The notes under the pieces were generated by a model that did no database searches, was not told where the DNA came from, and worked only from the letters and a program-made list of their open reading frames with translations. The translations under genes were made by a program, and so were the position numbers. A stretch of 64,000 nucleotides of DNA. It comes from Entomortierella parvispora E1425. Taxonomy: Eukaryota; Fungi; Mortierellomycota. This document shows, piece after piece, positions 62,011-64,000 of the stretch (position 1 is its first letter; each line of letters opens with the position of its first letter). The stretch spans positions 2,604,001 through 2,668,000 of the forward strand of contig BQFW01000001.1 in NCBI GenBank assembly GCA_020891255.1, read 5' to 3'.

Positions 62011-63137
62011 CTTGCCCTGGCAACAGGGAACAGAAGCGTGATTTGCAGCTTGCGGTTCAACTGCCGTTTTCTGGTGACAGAATCCAAAAGAAGGACTGGA
62101 GGCTTGCGAGCTGTGCCGTCGTGTCCTGGCAACGGGAAACAAAGCATGGTGGGCCCTTTTTTTTTATCCCATTATAGTCCATGTATGTTTCGCGCTGTGG
62201 CTATCAAACTCCGCGTGTCCGTTTCTGTTCACGCTGCCTTGGGTGTCTCTTGAGATGCCCTTGGTTCCCCTCTTTGTGGCTGTCATTCATCACGGAAGGT
62301 GTTGGGGGCTTAGCCGTTCTGGCGATAATTACAAAGAGTTGAGAGGGTCCCTGAGACGAATCCTTTATGGAACCAGTCTCATACCATCGAAATCGTGGTG
62401 CACTCCTAGGACCCGTAGTTAGATTGAGGAGGACTCCGGCTACCCTAGGCCCTAGTCTCCTGCACACAAGGACCAACGTAGCAACTCTTTCCGGCAACGG
62501 TTAAATCGATCGTCTCGGTTGGTCGAGCCGAGACGTGCCCTGGCAACGGGGCGCCTATTGGCAATACCATTTTAGTCCTGCGTTTGCACTCCCAAACCTG
62601 AACGTGGGCTAACAACCGTATGATGCAGCAGGATTACCGCCTCGAAGATCGAAGCGTCGTATCATACACCCATATACTAGCAGCCCTTTTCTGGCACTGG
62701 ATGACCGTGTCAGCGATCGAAGCGTATATATGGTTGCGCGCACTCCCTCTTCCACCCAGTCCTTCAACAGGACCGTGGATACATTTTTTTTTTCAAAGTC
62801 CTTTTGGCAGTTTGGGTTGCTGAGCTCTGGCAACAGAAATCGGCAACTTGTTCTTGTCAAGATGACTTTAAAGATCTCACGTCTTTCCGTTGGGGAGTTT
62901 GGGAAGTGAAACGTGGTCTTTACCCGTCTAGATCGTGAAGGCGCCTTCCTTGGGGATAGAAAGTGTGTTGATCTAGAACCCAGCAAAGCTCTCTGTCATT
63001 TATTTCGGCATTTTGTGCAGATTTCGAAAGGCGGACTATGAGCTGTGGGTCCGAATCTGTCTCTTGTTCTTCTGGGACCGGAAGCAGTGAAACTCCTCTA
63101 GAGTTCTTGCGTCAATCCTGGCAACGGGAAGTGCAAC
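62011..63137 (+). promoter_or_regulatory. Cluster of RFX X-box-like motifs (CTGGCAAC x5 plus variants)
   Basis: CTGGCAAC at 62017, 62126, 62540, 62827 and 63118. CTTGCCCTGGCAAC at 62011 is 13/14 of the GTTGCCNNGGCAAC palindrome. Confidence 0.55.
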
Positions 63138-63456
63138 GTGGTGTTTGTCTATGATTGTTGGGATTGAGTGGAGCAAGAGCAACAGCTGTCTGAATGCTTG
63201 CTATCTGACTGATGATTGACTTTGTACTATGGACTACTCACCTCTTAACCCATTTTGGGCAGGGACTCTGGGCGGCTACTGGATGATTGGATCCGGCGGC
63301 CATGACAATGCAAGAACAGTTGGCTGAGGCGGAGGAGGTTAGGGATGGCGGGTGGGTCTTCCTTCTGCTCTCAGCGGGATCTTTCTGGCACAAGCGAGGA
63401 TACTGGACACAAGAAGACCATGCACAGAAGCAGAGCCCTAGAGGACCAGGTATAGG

Positions 63457-63611
63457 CAGCCTCACTCGAGCAGACGACACAGCAAAACAGAACAGAGCAG
63501 ACCATGCACCAGGCACTCCATCAAAGCCGAGAAGCAGAACTGTAGTGGACCACACATCGACAGCCTCACTCGAGCAGATGACACAACAAAACATAGTCAA
63601 AGCTGACCATG
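63457..63611 (+). repeat. Degenerate direct repeat of about 50 bp, period 104 nt
   Basis: CAGCCTCACTCGAGCAGA(C/T)GACACA(G/A)CAAAACA at 63457 and 63561. Confidence 0.8.
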
Positions 63612-64000
63612 GATCAAGCAGACGATCCATCAAGTAGAATCCAGGCGGATCGCTCAAAGCCGAGTGTGGGCAAGAGAGACTTCCTGTTCTCCCTTGAGAG
63701 AAGTGAGTGAACCGACAACAGATCATGATAGCTCATTTTTTCCCAACTGAAGAAATAAAAACATCCGAGTTCAAACACCAAGAACTTTTGCCTGATCCAT
63801 AATAACACACAGGTTGCTTGATGCTTGATGTCTGCCAGCCCTTCCATCCTTTGTAACATGCACATCAGGAACCCCCAGATATCGGCGACAATTGTACCTT
63901 CCTCGTTGTTTTCCTCTTTGGATCTCTTTGTTTACCCTGTTGGGTCTTGTCTCCCCATGATGCAGTTCCTCTCGAACCTGGACCGACGCACTGCAATGTT

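Noticed and set aside
62345-62400. TPP riboswitch or hammerhead ribozyme (CTGAGA)
   Set aside because: The remaining conserved cores (CCUGAU...UAAU...GCGnAGGGA; CUGAnGA...GAAA) are missing.
63287-63637. 116-aa ORF downstream of the X-box cluster as a definite gene
   Set aside because: No recognisable motif, and its internal repeat has a period of 104 nt, which is not a multiple of 3. It cannot be supported without expression data.

Overview
Eukaryotic, intron-containing fungal DNA. The gene families point to a Mortierellaceae-type fungus (inference). The core genes I traced look intact: PTC7-like PP2C, SEY1, ATP10, an alpha-arrestin, an ACSS3/PrpE-like acyl-CoA synthetase, a GH15 glucoamylase and an RlpA/loosenin-like protein. 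Between them lie fast-evolving, repeatedly duplicated loci. (1) Four paralogous receptor-like genes (21.3, 25.6, 38.6 and 42.6 kb) share an exon-encoded N-terminal module, a conserved Cys/His-containing central domain with no P-loop, and 8-19 tandem 84-nt (28-aa) RI-like LRRs. LRR variation is concentrated on the predicted concave face. Only copy 1 is fully intact. The first three copies are each followed by a fragment of the acyl-CoA synthetase 3' end and the fourth by the intact gene, which records the duplication history. (2) A near-perfect inverted repeat with arms of at least 1.9 kb (1-1909 and 5087-6995) encloses an intact F-box/LRR gene and an orphan ORF. (3) There are six F-box-like loci, two of them disrupted. 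Other highlights are a secreted glucoamylase flanked at both ends by P-type trefoil domains, and a cluster of same-strand RFX X-box-like motifs at 62.0-63.1 kb. I recognised no rRNA, tRNA, CRISPR array or transposase.
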